NCBI GenBank assembly: GCA_963762015.1
Contig: CAVXJL010000018.1
Span: 14,996 to 78,995 of the forward strand
Direction of reading: 5' to 3'
Length of the DNA stretch: 64,000 nucleotides
Source: an uncultured Actinomycetota bacterium
Lineage (GTDB): Bacteria > Actinomycetota > UBA4738 > HRBIN12
The notes under the pieces were generated by a model that searched no databases, was not told the DNA's origin, and saw only the letters and a list, made by a program, of their open reading frames with translations. Numbering within the stretch: position 1 is the stretch's first letter; every line of letters starts with the position of its first letter. Position numbers and translations under genes: made by a program. Shown here one piece after another: positions 25,461-35,040 of the stretch.

Positions 25461-27627
25461 CTCATCCGCACGTCCATCGAACGCGTCGCCTCGGCAACGG
25501 CCCACGCGCCGGGCTCTCGGGATCGCGACGGTCTGGGTCGCGACGCTCGCGACGCTGACCGCCCTCGCTCCCCAGGCCGTCGCGGCCGAGACGTTCACGG
25601 GCACCGTGAACGCGAGTGGGCCGAACTGGCGGGCGCACTTCGTCACCGTGTCGCAGCCAAGCACGATCACGGCGACGCTGGACTGGTCCGACCCGGCCGC
25701 GAACATCGATCTCTTGCTCTTCAATCCTTCCGGTGGGTTCGTGAAGGGGACTGGGGGGAGTGTCGCCAAGCCCGAGACCATCGTGCAGTCGGTGTCCGCG
25801 ACGGGCTCCTGGAAGCTCGGTGTGAGGGCGATCTCAGGATCGACGAGCTACACGTTGACGGTCGACGTGGTTCCCGATCCCGCAGGGACGGTCACGCACG
25901 CCGGCACCTTCGGCTATTCGGGGCCCGCCGGTCTCTACGCGTACGGGATGACCTGGGATCCCACGAACAACACGGTGATCGTCGGCGACTACTGGAACAA
26001 CCGCGTCCGCCGCTACTCGGCGACCGGAGCCTTCCTCGGGCAGGTCTCGAGGACGGCCCCCCGCGATGCGCCGGGTGGCATCTGCGTCCCCTACGGCGTG
26101 GAGGTCGATCCGGACGGGAACGTCTGGGTCGCCGACCAGAACTGCTCTCGCGTCGTGGCGTTCGATGGAAACGGGAACTGGGTGCAGACGATCGGGCGGG
26201 GTGGCTCTCCGAACTACGGGTTCGGGTGCGGAGGCGGCAGGCTCAACGTCCCCACGCATGTTCTCGTCGACCCTGTGACCCGTCGGATCTACGTCTCGGA
26301 CCCGAAGTGCGGGACCGTCTACGTCTACGCGCCCAGTGGCTCGTTCCTGTTCGAGTTCAACTGGACCGGCTCCGGGATCACGAACCATCTCACGCAGGGG
26401 ATGGACTTCGGCCCCGATGGCAACATCTACGTGTACGAGCACTCCACCCGCCGGATCGTGGTCTTCAACAAGAGCGGGAACTGGGTCCGGAACTTCCCCA
26501 CCAAGGGTGACTTCAATGACGTCCGCGGCGTGGCGATCGATCCGACGAACGGGTTCCTGTACGCCGTGGGCGCGTATCACAACCTCGTCTACCAGTACCG
26601 GCTCGACGGGACGTTCGTGCGGCAGTACGGCTCGTCGTCGACGACCGAGTTCGACTCGGTCCGATACGTCGCGGCCGACGACGCTGGGCACCTCTGGGTG
26701 GGGGACACCTGGGGCTATCGGGTGTGGAAGTTCGACACGAACGCCACCCCTCTCCCGTGGTCGACCGGTCCGCAGCCGCCGCCGGACGGGGGGTACAACC
26801 TCGACAACGGGGTGACCGTGTCGCCGGACGGGCGGTTGTTCGTCGTGGATACGTACGAACAGCGGATGCAGGCGTTCGACACGTCGTCCCAATGTCTCTC
26901 GCAGACGAACTGCCCGGGATTCCTCTACGACTTCGGGTATCGCGGGGAGAACTACGTCACCGATCCTGAAGCGTTCAATTATCCGCGCACCGTCGAGTAC
27001 GGCGGTGGGTACCTCTGGATGGGGGACAACGGCAACGCCGTGATCCAGTACGAGCTCGACGGCACGTTCGTGAACCGGATCGGCAGCAAGGGCTCGGCCC
27101 CCGGAAGGTTCCTCGGCGGCGTCATGGGTGTGGACTTCGAGAACGGGCAGCTCTACACGACCGATGTCACGAACTGCCGCCTCCAGATCTTCGACACCTC
27201 CGGCGTCCTGCTGTCGCACATGGGGACGTGCGGAACCGGGGCGAACCAGATGCTGGTGCCGCGCGGGATGAGCGTGAACGGCGCCACGGCGTACGTCGCG
27301 CTGCCCACGAGGAACGAGATCGTCGTGTGGAACACGACGTCGAGGACGCTGACCGCGCGACTGAGGCCCACCTGCGGCGGCGTGGCGCTCAGGGGTCCGA
27401 CCGATGTCGAGGTCTCACCGGCGGGAACGCAGCTCTGGGTGGCCGATACGGAGAACCAGCGCGTCGTGCGGATGAACCTCGACGGGACCGGATGTCAGGT
27501 CGCCGTCACCGGCGCCACGGTGCCGGGGGGAACTCTGGGGAACACGAGGTACCTGACGTTCGGCCCCGACGGCCGCCTGTACGTCAGCACATCGACCCGC
27601 CGGGTCTACGCCCTCAACGTCGGGTAA
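25453..27627 (+). CDS. secreted PPC-like + NHL-repeat protein (paralogue 2)
   Basis: Track ORF 25312..27627. Start placed at TTG 25453, ahead of the signal peptide RRALGIATVWVATLATLTALAPQAVAA (start uncertain). Same N-terminal domain (TFTGTVNASG...STITATLDWSDPAANIDLLLFNPSG...YTLTVDV) plus NHL-like repeats. Confidence 0.7.
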   Translation: MASSSARPSNASPRQRPTRRALGIATVWVATLATLTALAPQAVAAETFTGTVNASGPNWRAHFVTVSQPSTITATLDWSDPAANIDLLLFNPSGGFVKGTGGSVAKPETIVQSVSATGSWKLGVRAISGSTSYTLTVDVVPDPAGTVTHAGTFGYSGPAGLYAYGMTWDPTNNTVIVGDYWNNRVRRYSATGAFLGQVSRTAPRDAPGGICVPYGVEVDPDGNVWVADQNCSRVVAFDGNGNWVQTIGRGGSPNYGFGCGGGRLNVPTHVLVDPVTRRIYVSDPKCGTVYVYAPSGSFLFEFNWTGSGITNHLTQGMDFGPDGNIYVYEHSTRRIVVFNKSGNWVRNFPTKGDFNDVRGVAIDPTNGFLYAVGAYHNLVYQYRLDGTFVRQYGSSSTTEFDSVRYVAADDAGHLWVGDTWGYRVWKFDTNATPLPWSTGPQPPPDGGYNLDNGVTVSPDGRLFVVDTYEQRMQAFDTSSQCLSQTNCPGFLYDFGYRGENYVTDPEAFNYPRTVEYGGGYLWMGDNGNAVIQYELDGTFVNRIGSKGSAPGRFLGGVMGVDFENGQLYTTDVTNCRLQIFDTSGVLLSHMGTCGTGANQMLVPRGMSVNGATAYVALPTRNEIVVWNTTSRTLTARLRPTCGGVALRGPTDVEVSPAGTQLWVADTENQRVVRMNLDGTGCQVAVTGATVPGGTLGNTRYLTFGPDGRLYVSTSTRRVYALNVG

Positions 27628-27629
27628 TC

Positions 27630-29720
27630 ATGAGGATCGCCCACCGACCATCGACACGTTCCGGACTGGTGCTGCTCGTGGCGACGTTGGTGCTCGTCCC
27701 CGCGACAGCGGCGATGGCCGTCGACTTCACCGGGTCCGTCAGCGCCTCGGGGACGTCGTTCCAGTCACACACCTTCGCCGTGACCGCTCCCGCGACGATC
27801 ACGGCGACGTTGGACTGGGACACGTCGGCCGACCTCACGCTGTCCCTCTACGACCAGAACGGGACCTGGGTGAGGGGGACCGGCAACAGCACGGCGAGGC
27901 CGGAGGTGGTCACGTTCGACGCGCAGGTGTCGGGAACCTGGAAGGTCGGGGTCAAGGCGAAGACGGGGAGCGCCGGCTACACGGTGACGGTCGATGTCTC
28001 CGCGGCGGCACCTGTGCCCATGTACGACCGAGACATCGGCCGCTTCGCGACCGCGGAGATCAGTCCGGTGGACATGGCTCGCGACGACGAAGGCAACTGG
28101 TACGTGATCGACGAGGGACTCGCCTGTCTCAAGAAGTATGCGCCCGATCGCAGCACGATCCTCCGGACGTACTTCACGTGCGGCGAGATCGGCAATGACG
28201 CGTCGCACATCAGCAGGGCGCGGGGCCTCGGGCGAGACGCAACCTCGGGTGCCCTCTGGATCGCGGACACGAGTGCTCACCGCCTGCTGAAGCTTGACGT
28301 CGACACCGGTGCTCTGCTTGTGACCACCACCCTCGCCAACTCGCCGGGCGGAGCGCTCAGCAATCCGGGGGACGTGACCGTCGATGCGAACGGGAACGCC
28401 TACGTGATCGACCTGAAGGACCGGATCGTCAAGGTCTCTCCGACGGGCCAGTACCTGGCCCAGTTCGGAGGGGAGGGATCCGGAACCGGGCAGCTCAACA
28501 CGCCGATGTCGATCGAGTTCTCGACCGTCGGCCAGAACGCGCTCTACGTCACGGATGCGCGGAACTTCCGCGTCGCCAAGTTCAGCGTGACCGGGGCCTG
28601 GCTGGGCTCGTTCGGGAGCCAGGGCACGGGCAACGGGCAGATGACGAAGGACGCGCGGGGGATCGCGGTGGACGGGGCCGGGATCGTGTACGTGGCGGAC
28701 GTCGGCGGCAACCGCGTCATCCGCTTCTCGGCGACCGGTTCGCCGATGTCGAGCCTCGGCAACGGGCTGCCGTATCACCGCAGCGGACCGCTCGACATCT
28801 TCTACGGGGCACGCGGCCTCCTCGTCGATGGCTCGACACTCGCTGTTGCCGACATGTGGAACTACCGCATCCTGCTGTGGAACTTGAACGGGACGTCCAC
28901 GGGGCAGCAGATCGGGAACCAACCGCCGCCGTGGGACGGCCACCTGCAGCCGCACGGCGTTGCGCTCGACGCGCAGGGGAACGTCTACGTCTCGGACTAT
29001 TGGCACCAGTGGATCCAGAAGTTCTCCCCGAACGGCGCGCTGCTGGCCCACTGGGGCATCGGGCGCGGGTCCTCGCCGGGCACGCTCAACCTACCGGGCG
29101 GCATCGAGGTGGACGATGCCCGTGGGTTCCTCTACATCGCGAACCGGGAGGAGCGGGTCATCGACCGGTGGGTACTTTCGGACGGCTCCTTCGACCGGCG
29201 CTTCCCAATGCCCGGAGGTCCCGCGTTCGCGAAGGGATGGGCTCGCGACGTCGGGGTCGACACGTCCACCGGGCGTGTCTACGGGGCCGATGAGTTCGAC
29301 AACCAGCTGGCGATCTTCTCCTCGACGGGGTCCCTGATCGGCATCGTCACCCGATGGGGAGCCGGCTCGGGTCAGCCGTTGGGTTCTCTCCGATCCGTCG
29401 ATGTCGCCGATGGGGCGGTCTACGTCGCCGATGCCACCAACCGGCGGATCCACGTGTACGACACCGGCGGCAGCTGGATCCGGAGCTTCTCGACCCTCGA
29501 CGTGCCCAACGGGGTCGAGGTGTCGGGTGGGAAGGTCTACGTCCTCACGTGGCGCGTCCGCGAGTACACACCCACGGGCACGTTGGTACGGTCGTGGAGC
29601 TCGACCGGCACGGCGGACGGGCAACTTCGATCGCCCTACGTCGGGATCGCCGTCGATGGATCGGGCGATGTCTACGTGGGTGACTCTCGCAATCACCGCG
29701 TGAAGGTCTTCTCTCCCTGA
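27630..29720 (+). CDS. secreted PPC-like + NHL-repeat protein (paralogue 3)
   Basis: Track ORF 27228..29720 trimmed to ATG 27630 (MRIAHRPSTRSGLVLLVATLVLVPATAAMA). Same N-terminal domain (DFTGSVSASG...ATITATLDWDTSADLTLSLYDQNG...YTVTVDV). NHL motifs (VYVADVGGNRVIRF, VYVADATNRRIHVY, VYVGDSRNHRVKVF). Confidence 0.75.
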   Translation: MRIAHRPSTRSGLVLLVATLVLVPATAAMAVDFTGSVSASGTSFQSHTFAVTAPATITATLDWDTSADLTLSLYDQNGTWVRGTGNSTARPEVVTFDAQVSGTWKVGVKAKTGSAGYTVTVDVSAAAPVPMYDRDIGRFATAEISPVDMARDDEGNWYVIDEGLACLKKYAPDRSTILRTYFTCGEIGNDASHISRARGLGRDATSGALWIADTSAHRLLKLDVDTGALLVTTTLANSPGGALSNPGDVTVDANGNAYVIDLKDRIVKVSPTGQYLAQFGGEGSGTGQLNTPMSIEFSTVGQNALYVTDARNFRVAKFSVTGAWLGSFGSQGTGNGQMTKDARGIAVDGAGIVYVADVGGNRVIRFSATGSPMSSLGNGLPYHRSGPLDIFYGARGLLVDGSTLAVADMWNYRILLWNLNGTSTGQQIGNQPPPWDGHLQPHGVALDAQGNVYVSDYWHQWIQKFSPNGALLAHWGIGRGSSPGTLNLPGGIEVDDARGFLYIANREERVIDRWVLSDGSFDRRFPMPGGPAFAKGWARDVGVDTSTGRVYGADEFDNQLAIFSSTGSLIGIVTRWGAGSGQPLGSLRSVDVADGAVYVADATNRRIHVYDTGGSWIRSFSTLDVPNGVEVSGGKVYVLTWRVREYTPTGTLVRSWSSTGTADGQLRSPYVGIAVDGSGDVYVGDSRNHRVKVFSP

Positions 29721-29735
29721 GCCGGGACTGAGAGG

Positions 29736-31013
29736 GTGCGCATCCGCCGCCCGACCGTTTCCTTGGCGCTCCTTTCCGTCGCAGCGGTCGCGGCCGTGGC
29801 GGTGGTCGCCGCTCTCTTGAGTCAGCGCGGTCCCGACCGTTCCGCTCGCTCGGATCGGCCCTCTGCGACCCCGCCGCTGCCGGTCCCGGAGAACCTCCCG
29901 GGACCCATCCTGAAGGTGTGGGCCGCGGAGAACGAGTCCAGGACACACGATCCGACGCGACCGCATGCGCTGGCTGACGCGCGGAGGTTGCACGCGATCT
30001 CCGCGCTGCGGGTCACGTATCCGAACGTGATCGGTTCGATGCGCGCGGTCAATCCCGACCTCCGTGTGTACGCCTACGTCATGGGGACCTTCGCGTGGAA
30101 GTCGCAATCCCCAGGCACGTTCCCGGAGTCCTGGTATCTCAAGGACGCGGACGGGTCCTACGTCCGGAGCATCGGGGAGTGGTCGGGCCAGTACCTCATG
30201 GATCCGAGCCAACCGGGCTGGGTCCGTGATCGCGTGCGGACCTGCCGGCGATTCCTGCGGGAGAGCGGGTACGACGGGTGCATGATCGATGTCCTCGGTC
30301 TCGCTCCGCTGAGCGGATCCTTCACCTCCGCGGTGCCGGTGGACGCGCGCACGGGCAGGCCGTGGGAGCCGGAGGACTGGATCGAGGCCACCGCCGGACT
30401 CGCCACGTCGGTCAAGCTGGCCGTGGATCCCGCGGTCGTCATCGGCAACGGTTTGAGCTCGGGACCGTCGTACTTCTCCGACGTTTCGCCTACGGCCCGG
30501 CTGCTGGACGGGATCGATGGCGGGATCGCCGAAGCGTGGCTGCGAGGCGCGCGGAGCGACCCTGGTCAGTACCCGCCGGTCGCAGCGTGGCGTGCGAACG
30601 TCGACATGTTGGTGGATGCCGCGTTGCGAGGGAGGATCGTGATGACGCTCACCAAGGTGTGGGTCCAGGCGGATCCCTCCACGATGCGCACCTGGTACCG
30701 GTTCGCACTGGCCTCGTTCCTGCTCGGGACGAACGGCGGTTCGTATTTCGGTTTCTCTGCAGGCCGCGAGGAGCCACCGACGAGACCCCTTCGAAGCGAG
30801 CTCGATCTTGGTGCCCCCTTGGATCGGTACCGCCGATCGGGGCCGGCGTTCGTGCGCCGCTTCGAACGAGGGGTCGTGGTCGTGAATCCGACCGACGCAT
30901 CGGTGCAGGTGACGCTGTCCGGCACCTTCATCACGCTCGACGGTGGCCGTGTCGAGGATCTCGTCGTGATGCCGCCGCACACTGGCGAGATCCTCCAGGC
31001 GACGAGCCCTTGA
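29736..31013 (+). CDS. membrane-anchored hypothetical protein, possibly glycoside-hydrolase-like (GHL15/GH114-type TIM barrel)
   Basis: 425 aa with an N-terminal TM/signal anchor (VSLALLSVAAVAAVAVVAALL). The segment WYLKDADGSYV...YLMDPSQPGWVRDRV...GYDGCMIDVLG resembles hypothetical glycosyl-hydrolase-like families. The function call is weak. Confidence 0.45.
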   Translation: MRIRRPTVSLALLSVAAVAAVAVVAALLSQRGPDRSARSDRPSATPPLPVPENLPGPILKVWAAENESRTHDPTRPHALADARRLHAISALRVTYPNVIGSMRAVNPDLRVYAYVMGTFAWKSQSPGTFPESWYLKDADGSYVRSIGEWSGQYLMDPSQPGWVRDRVRTCRRFLRESGYDGCMIDVLGLAPLSGSFTSAVPVDARTGRPWEPEDWIEATAGLATSVKLAVDPAVVIGNGLSSGPSYFSDVSPTARLLDGIDGGIAEAWLRGARSDPGQYPPVAAWRANVDMLVDAALRGRIVMTLTKVWVQADPSTMRTWYRFALASFLLGTNGGSYFGFSAGREEPPTRPLRSELDLGAPLDRYRRSGPAFVRRFERGVVVVNPTDASVQVTLSGTFITLDGGRVEDLVVMPPHTGEILQATSP

Positions 31014-31019
31014 CCTCGG

Positions 31020-32174
31020 TCAGACCGCCGACGATCGTGGTGACCGTCCGGCGCCCGAAGAGACTGCGCGGTAGACCGCTTCAGTCGTATCGACGACCTC
31101 GTCCCAACGATAGCTCGAGAGCACCGCTCGCCGGAAGACGCTCGCGCCGGCGCGCTCCTCTTCCTGTGATCCGAGCACGCTCGCGATGGCGCGTGCAAGA
31201 TCCGCGGTGTCCCCGACTCCGACGAGGCGCCGCCCGGGCCCATCGGCGCCGATGATCTCGACGTGCGGCGCGATGTCGCTCGCCACCACGGGGATCCCAT
31301 AGGAAGCGGCTTCCAGCAGTGTCAGCGGAAGCCCCTCGAGGAGCGACGGGAGCACGAAGACGGCGGCATTGGTGTACAGCTCCTCCAGGAGATCGCCGTA
31401 CACGTACCCGGGGAGGATGACCCGTGGGTCCGTGGCCGCCTCAGCCCGGAGATCTCGAACGAAGGTGTCCGTGAAGCTCGATCCACCGGCGATCACGAGC
31501 CTCGTCTCGCCCTCGATCGAGGAGAATGCTCGGAGCAACAGGTCCGGCGCCTTCTCGGGGACGAGCCGGCCGACGAACAAGATGTAGTCACCCCCGTGCA
31601 CGCCGAAGCGGGTCAGGATCTGGCCCGGGGGTCGACGTGTCGGCTCGCCCACGCCGTTCGGGATGTACGTCGTCGTACGGCCGTACCGCTCTCGGAAATG
31701 ATCCGCGAGGTCGCGGGACACGACGATCGTCGCATCGGGGACGCGAGCGCTCATCCATTGCGCCGTGCGGAGTACCGACCGAGCCGATCTGCTCCACTTG
31801 GCTCGCTCCGCATCGAGCCCGTGCACCGTCAACACGACCTTCGCGCGGGAGAGGTACCGAGGTAGCACGGCTGGGAGCCCCGGTCCCACGGCGTGGTAGT
31901 GGACGATGTCGGCCTTCGCCAGCATCGCATCCATCGTCGACACGGTGCTGTGTACGATCGCATCGAGGTGCTTGGAGTCGACGGTCGGCAGGTACCGGGG
32001 TCGCATCCCACGGTACGTGCCGAATCGTTCGGTGGTGTAGTTCGTCCGGCTGTACACGGTGACGTGGTGGCCTCGATCGGCGAGGCGCGAACCGAGCTCC
32101 TCGACGTGGTGCTCGACGCCGCCGAACGTCGCGGGGATGCCACGTTGACCGATCATGGCGATGCGCATCGTCAC
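31020..32174 (-). CDS. glycosyltransferase family 4
   Basis: 384 aa. MRIAMIGQRGIPATFGGVEHHVEELGSRLADRGHHVTVY is a GT4 N-terminus, and the C-terminal LPSLLEGLPLTLLEAASYGIPVVASD is the E-x7-E region. Confidence 0.85.
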   Translation of the reverse strand: MTMRIAMIGQRGIPATFGGVEHHVEELGSRLADRGHHVTVYSRTNYTTERFGTYRGMRPRYLPTVDSKHLDAIVHSTVSTMDAMLAKADIVHYHAVGPGLPAVLPRYLSRAKVVLTVHGLDAERAKWSRSARSVLRTAQWMSARVPDATIVVSRDLADHFRERYGRTTTYIPNGVGEPTRRPPGQILTRFGVHGGDYILFVGRLVPEKAPDLLLRAFSSIEGETRLVIAGGSSFTDTFVRDLRAEAATDPRVILPGYVYGDLLEELYTNAAVFVLPSLLEGLPLTLLEAASYGIPVVASDIAPHVEIIGADGPGRRLVGVGDTADLARAIASVLGSQEEERAGASVFRRAVLSSYRWDEVVDTTEAVYRAVSSGAGRSPRSSAV

Positions 32175-33403
32175 GACCGCCTGGCGATGGCTGTTGCCTC
32201 CCGATAGACGCCTTCGAGACGCTCGAGGTGCTCATCGGGAGAGAACGCCACTTCCGCCCTCCGGCGGGCGGCCACCCCTTGCTCGAAGGCCGCCTCGGGA
32301 TCTGCCGTGAACCGGCTCAGCGACCTCGCGAGCGCTCCCTCGTCGCCCGGCGGGACGAGGTCCCCGTTGACACCCGCCTCGATCAGCTCGGGGATCCCGC
32401 CGTGGGCGGTTCCGACGACCGGGACCCCGCACGCGAACGCTTCGAGGATCCCCATCGGCGCGTTCTCGTAGCCACGCGACGGCATCACGCCGACGGCGGC
32501 TCCACGAACGAGCTCGTGCACGGCCTCCTGACCGACGTGGCCGTGGAATGAGATGTTCCGAGCGGCAAGGCGCTCCGCCAGACGCTCGAGCTCAACGCGG
32601 TCGGGTCCGTCGCCCACGACGTCGATCGGCGCAGCGATCGATGGTGCGGCTCGAACGAGCGTCTCCACGCCTTTCTCCTCCGACAGCCTCCCCGCGTACA
32701 CGACGCCGCCCCCGGGGGCATCCTTCGACGCGATCGCCGATGCATCCACGAAATTCGGGATCCATCGGAGGCGGGTCGGGAACACGTTCGCGACGGTCAT
32801 CTTCTCGAGCATGAACCGGCTCGGACAGACGAGGAGGTTGATGGGGTCGTACATGCCGAAGAGCGTGTGCGTGGCGAGCTCGAGGCCGTTGAGCGTGCTC
32901 ATCGAGAACGAGCCGTCGTGGCATCGCTTCAAGCTCGCCATGTAGAAGCGGCGGGGGACACAGGCCTCGCACACGCGCCCTCCGGCCATGAACCGATGCG
33001 TCGGGCACGCGAGCTTGAAGTCGTGCAGCGTCATCACCGCGGGGATCGCTCGCGGGCGGAGGGGCCGCAGCACCGAAGGAGAGAGGTGGTGGTAGATATT
33101 GTGGAGGTGGACCACGTCCGGCCGATAGCGGTCGAGCACCCGTGCGAAGCCGACCTCCGCCGACCTCGAGTACAGGACCCGCGCCGCCGCGCGCCCTCGT
33201 TCCGGCCACGATGCGGGAGGAGGGTTGAGCTCGATGTAGTCGGGGAAGAACGCCTCGAAGGTACTCGGCGTGTTCTGCGGATGCTTCGTGGAGAAGAACT
33301 CGACCTCGTCCCCGGCGGCGACCTGCCTCGATGCGAGATCCAGCATGTAGCTCTCTGCCCCGCCGCGTCGGTACAGGAACTTGTTGACGTGCAGGATCCT
33401 CAT
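32171..33403 (-). CDS. glycosyltransferase family 4
   Basis: Track ORF 32171..34948 trimmed to ATG 33403 (MRILHVNKFLYRRGGAESY). C-terminal MPSRGYENAPMGILEAFACGVPVVGT (E-x7-E). ATGA overlap with the upstream gene stop at 33400. Confidence 0.85.
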   Translation of the reverse strand: MRILHVNKFLYRRGGAESYMLDLASRQVAAGDEVEFFSTKHPQNTPSTFEAFFPDYIELNPPPASWPERGRAAARVLYSRSAEVGFARVLDRYRPDVVHLHNIYHHLSPSVLRPLRPRAIPAVMTLHDFKLACPTHRFMAGGRVCEACVPRRFYMASLKRCHDGSFSMSTLNGLELATHTLFGMYDPINLLVCPSRFMLEKMTVANVFPTRLRWIPNFVDASAIASKDAPGGGVVYAGRLSEEKGVETLVRAAPSIAAPIDVVGDGPDRVELERLAERLAARNISFHGHVGQEAVHELVRGAAVGVMPSRGYENAPMGILEAFACGVPVVGTAHGGIPELIEAGVNGDLVPPGDEGALARSLSRFTADPEAAFEQGVAARRRAEVAFSPDEHLERLEGVYREATAIARRS

Positions 33404-34707
33404 GCGCGAGCGACTTCCGGCCTCCGCGCCGCCGCCGGCGCCCACACCATCGCGAGAGCGACGATCGTGACGAAATACCAGAGGATCACGAGCTGCGTGA
33501 TCACGTTCGCGGCCAGGCTCAGGAGCAGCATGCCGGTGAACGAGGCCGCGAATGCCACGGCGAGGCCTCGGGGGAGGCCCGGTGGCGCGCGCCGCAGGGT
33601 GGATCTGGCCTGCATCCCCAACGTGATCAGCAGCCACACGTATGCGGCGAATCCCAGGAGCCCGGTTTCGACGAAGATCCGGATCGGGTCGTTGTGGGGA
33701 GCCTTCTCTCCCTCGAGGCTGCGCTCCACCTCTTTGAAGCCGATCCCGAGCACCGGATTGTCCTGGAGCGCGAGGACCTCTCGCCAGTAATCGAATCGCC
33801 AGATGAGCGAGTTCCCGGGCGCCCCAGTCTCCTTCTGCGTCTGTGAGAGGTCGGACAGCCGAACCGCCACGGAGGGGACGGCGAGGGCGATGACGACGAT
33901 GGCGCCGCCGACCATCCAGAGGATCCGCCGGTCCTGCAGGAGCCCGATCACGATGAGCGCCACCAGGGTGGCCACCCAAGCGCCGCGTGAATAGGTGGCG
34001 ATCAAGCAGGCGCCGCATGCGAGCGTAACGGGCGCGAGCGCAAGTCTCCAGCGCCGCTCCACGTGAGGGTAGATGGCGACCATCAACGTGATCATCAAGA
34101 ACAGGTAGGTCGCGAAGGGGTTCGAGTGCAAGAACGTGCCCCTGATCCGGTCGAGCCCCGACGCCGTGAACACGCCGCCCTGGCCGGCCATCTGGCCGAT
34201 CGCGACCATGACCGGCACGATCGACGACCCGATCGCAGCGACGAGGATCAACCGCAGGTCCCGACCGTCCCTGACCAACCTGCCGAGGACCGACACGATC
34301 ACGATGAGTGTGCCGAACCGCACGACCTCGAACAGGCTGTCGAGCGGATGGGACGAGAAGGTCACGCTCAGGAGCGCACAGGCGAAGAGTGCCGTCACCG
34401 GCGGGATCAGGGGGGCGGTCGGAGATGGCGTCGCCACCTCGGACCGCTGCGCGAGCAACCAGACGGCCGAGGCTGCCACGAACACGACGGAGAGGGCTCC
34501 GGCAGCGTCCAGCGCGGCCGAACCGAGGTCGGCGGTGTCCAAGCTGGCTCGAACGACGAGGATCAATGCCACGAAGAGCTCGAACCGGGTGACGGCGAGC
34601 GCCACGCCCGCGAGACCCAGCGCGATCGCGATCGGGATGAGCGCGATCGCGCGTGGCGCGGTGGGTGCGGCGAGCCCGGCGGCGACGGCGGCCGCGACCA
34701 CGACCAC
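33400..34707 (-). CDS. O-antigen ligase / Wzy-like polymerase family membrane protein
   Basis: 435 aa, about 10-12 TM segments, with a central loop ...THLHSNPFATYL-like (GTFLHSNPFATYLFLMI) typical of the Wzy_C/O-antigen ligase family. Start codon uncertain. Confidence 0.65.
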   Translation of the reverse strand: MVVVAAAVAAGLAAPTAPRAIALIPIAIALGLAGVALAVTRFELFVALILVVRASLDTADLGSAALDAAGALSVVFVAASAVWLLAQRSEVATPSPTAPLIPPVTALFACALLSVTFSSHPLDSLFEVVRFGTLIVIVSVLGRLVRDGRDLRLILVAAIGSSIVPVMVAIGQMAGQGGVFTASGLDRIRGTFLHSNPFATYLFLMITLMVAIYPHVERRWRLALAPVTLACGACLIATYSRGAWVATLVALIVIGLLQDRRILWMVGGAIVVIALAVPSVAVRLSDLSQTQKETGAPGNSLIWRFDYWREVLALQDNPVLGIGFKEVERSLEGEKAPHNDPIRIFVETGLLGFAAYVWLLITLGMQARSTLRRAPPGLPRGLAVAFAASFTGMLLLSLAANVITQLVILWYFVTIVALAMVWAPAAARRPEVARA

Positions 34708-35009
34708 CCCCCCGGCCAGGAGTGTCCATCGAGGAAGCGTCGCATCCGGTCGGATCGTGGTCTTCAGGGGTTCCCCGATCGATCGATGTGCCCGATCTCG
34801 AGCACGGATCGGGTCGGATGGAATGATAGGCGGGGGATCCGGGGGACGGCTCGGATCGGCCTTCGCGTTTGAAGGGCCAGGGTCTCGCGTAGCCTGCCGT
34901 GGATACTGCCCCCCGGCATCCAGGAGGGCATCTGCGCACCCCGCTCACCCGAAGTCTGGTCGCGTCACACGGACTGATCCTGCGCGTGGCCGGCGGTCGC
35001 GCGGCCGGA

Positions 35010-35039
35010 TTGACCCTTCGGCGCTCCCGCGGCTATCCT
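35010..35039 (+). promoter_or_regulatory. candidate groES-groEL promoter
   Basis: TTGACC (35010-35015), 18-nt spacer, TATCCT (35034-35039), immediately abutting the CIRCE operator. Confidence 0.45.
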
Positions 35040-35040
35040 G

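Noticed and set aside
33404-34948. N-terminal 515 codons of the 925-aa ORF 32171..34948
   Set aside because: Only the part from ATG 33403 downstream has GT4 motifs. The upstream part overlaps, in another frame, a convincing polytopic Wzy/O-antigen-ligase-like ORF (33400..34707) and is Arg/Gly/Pro-rich.
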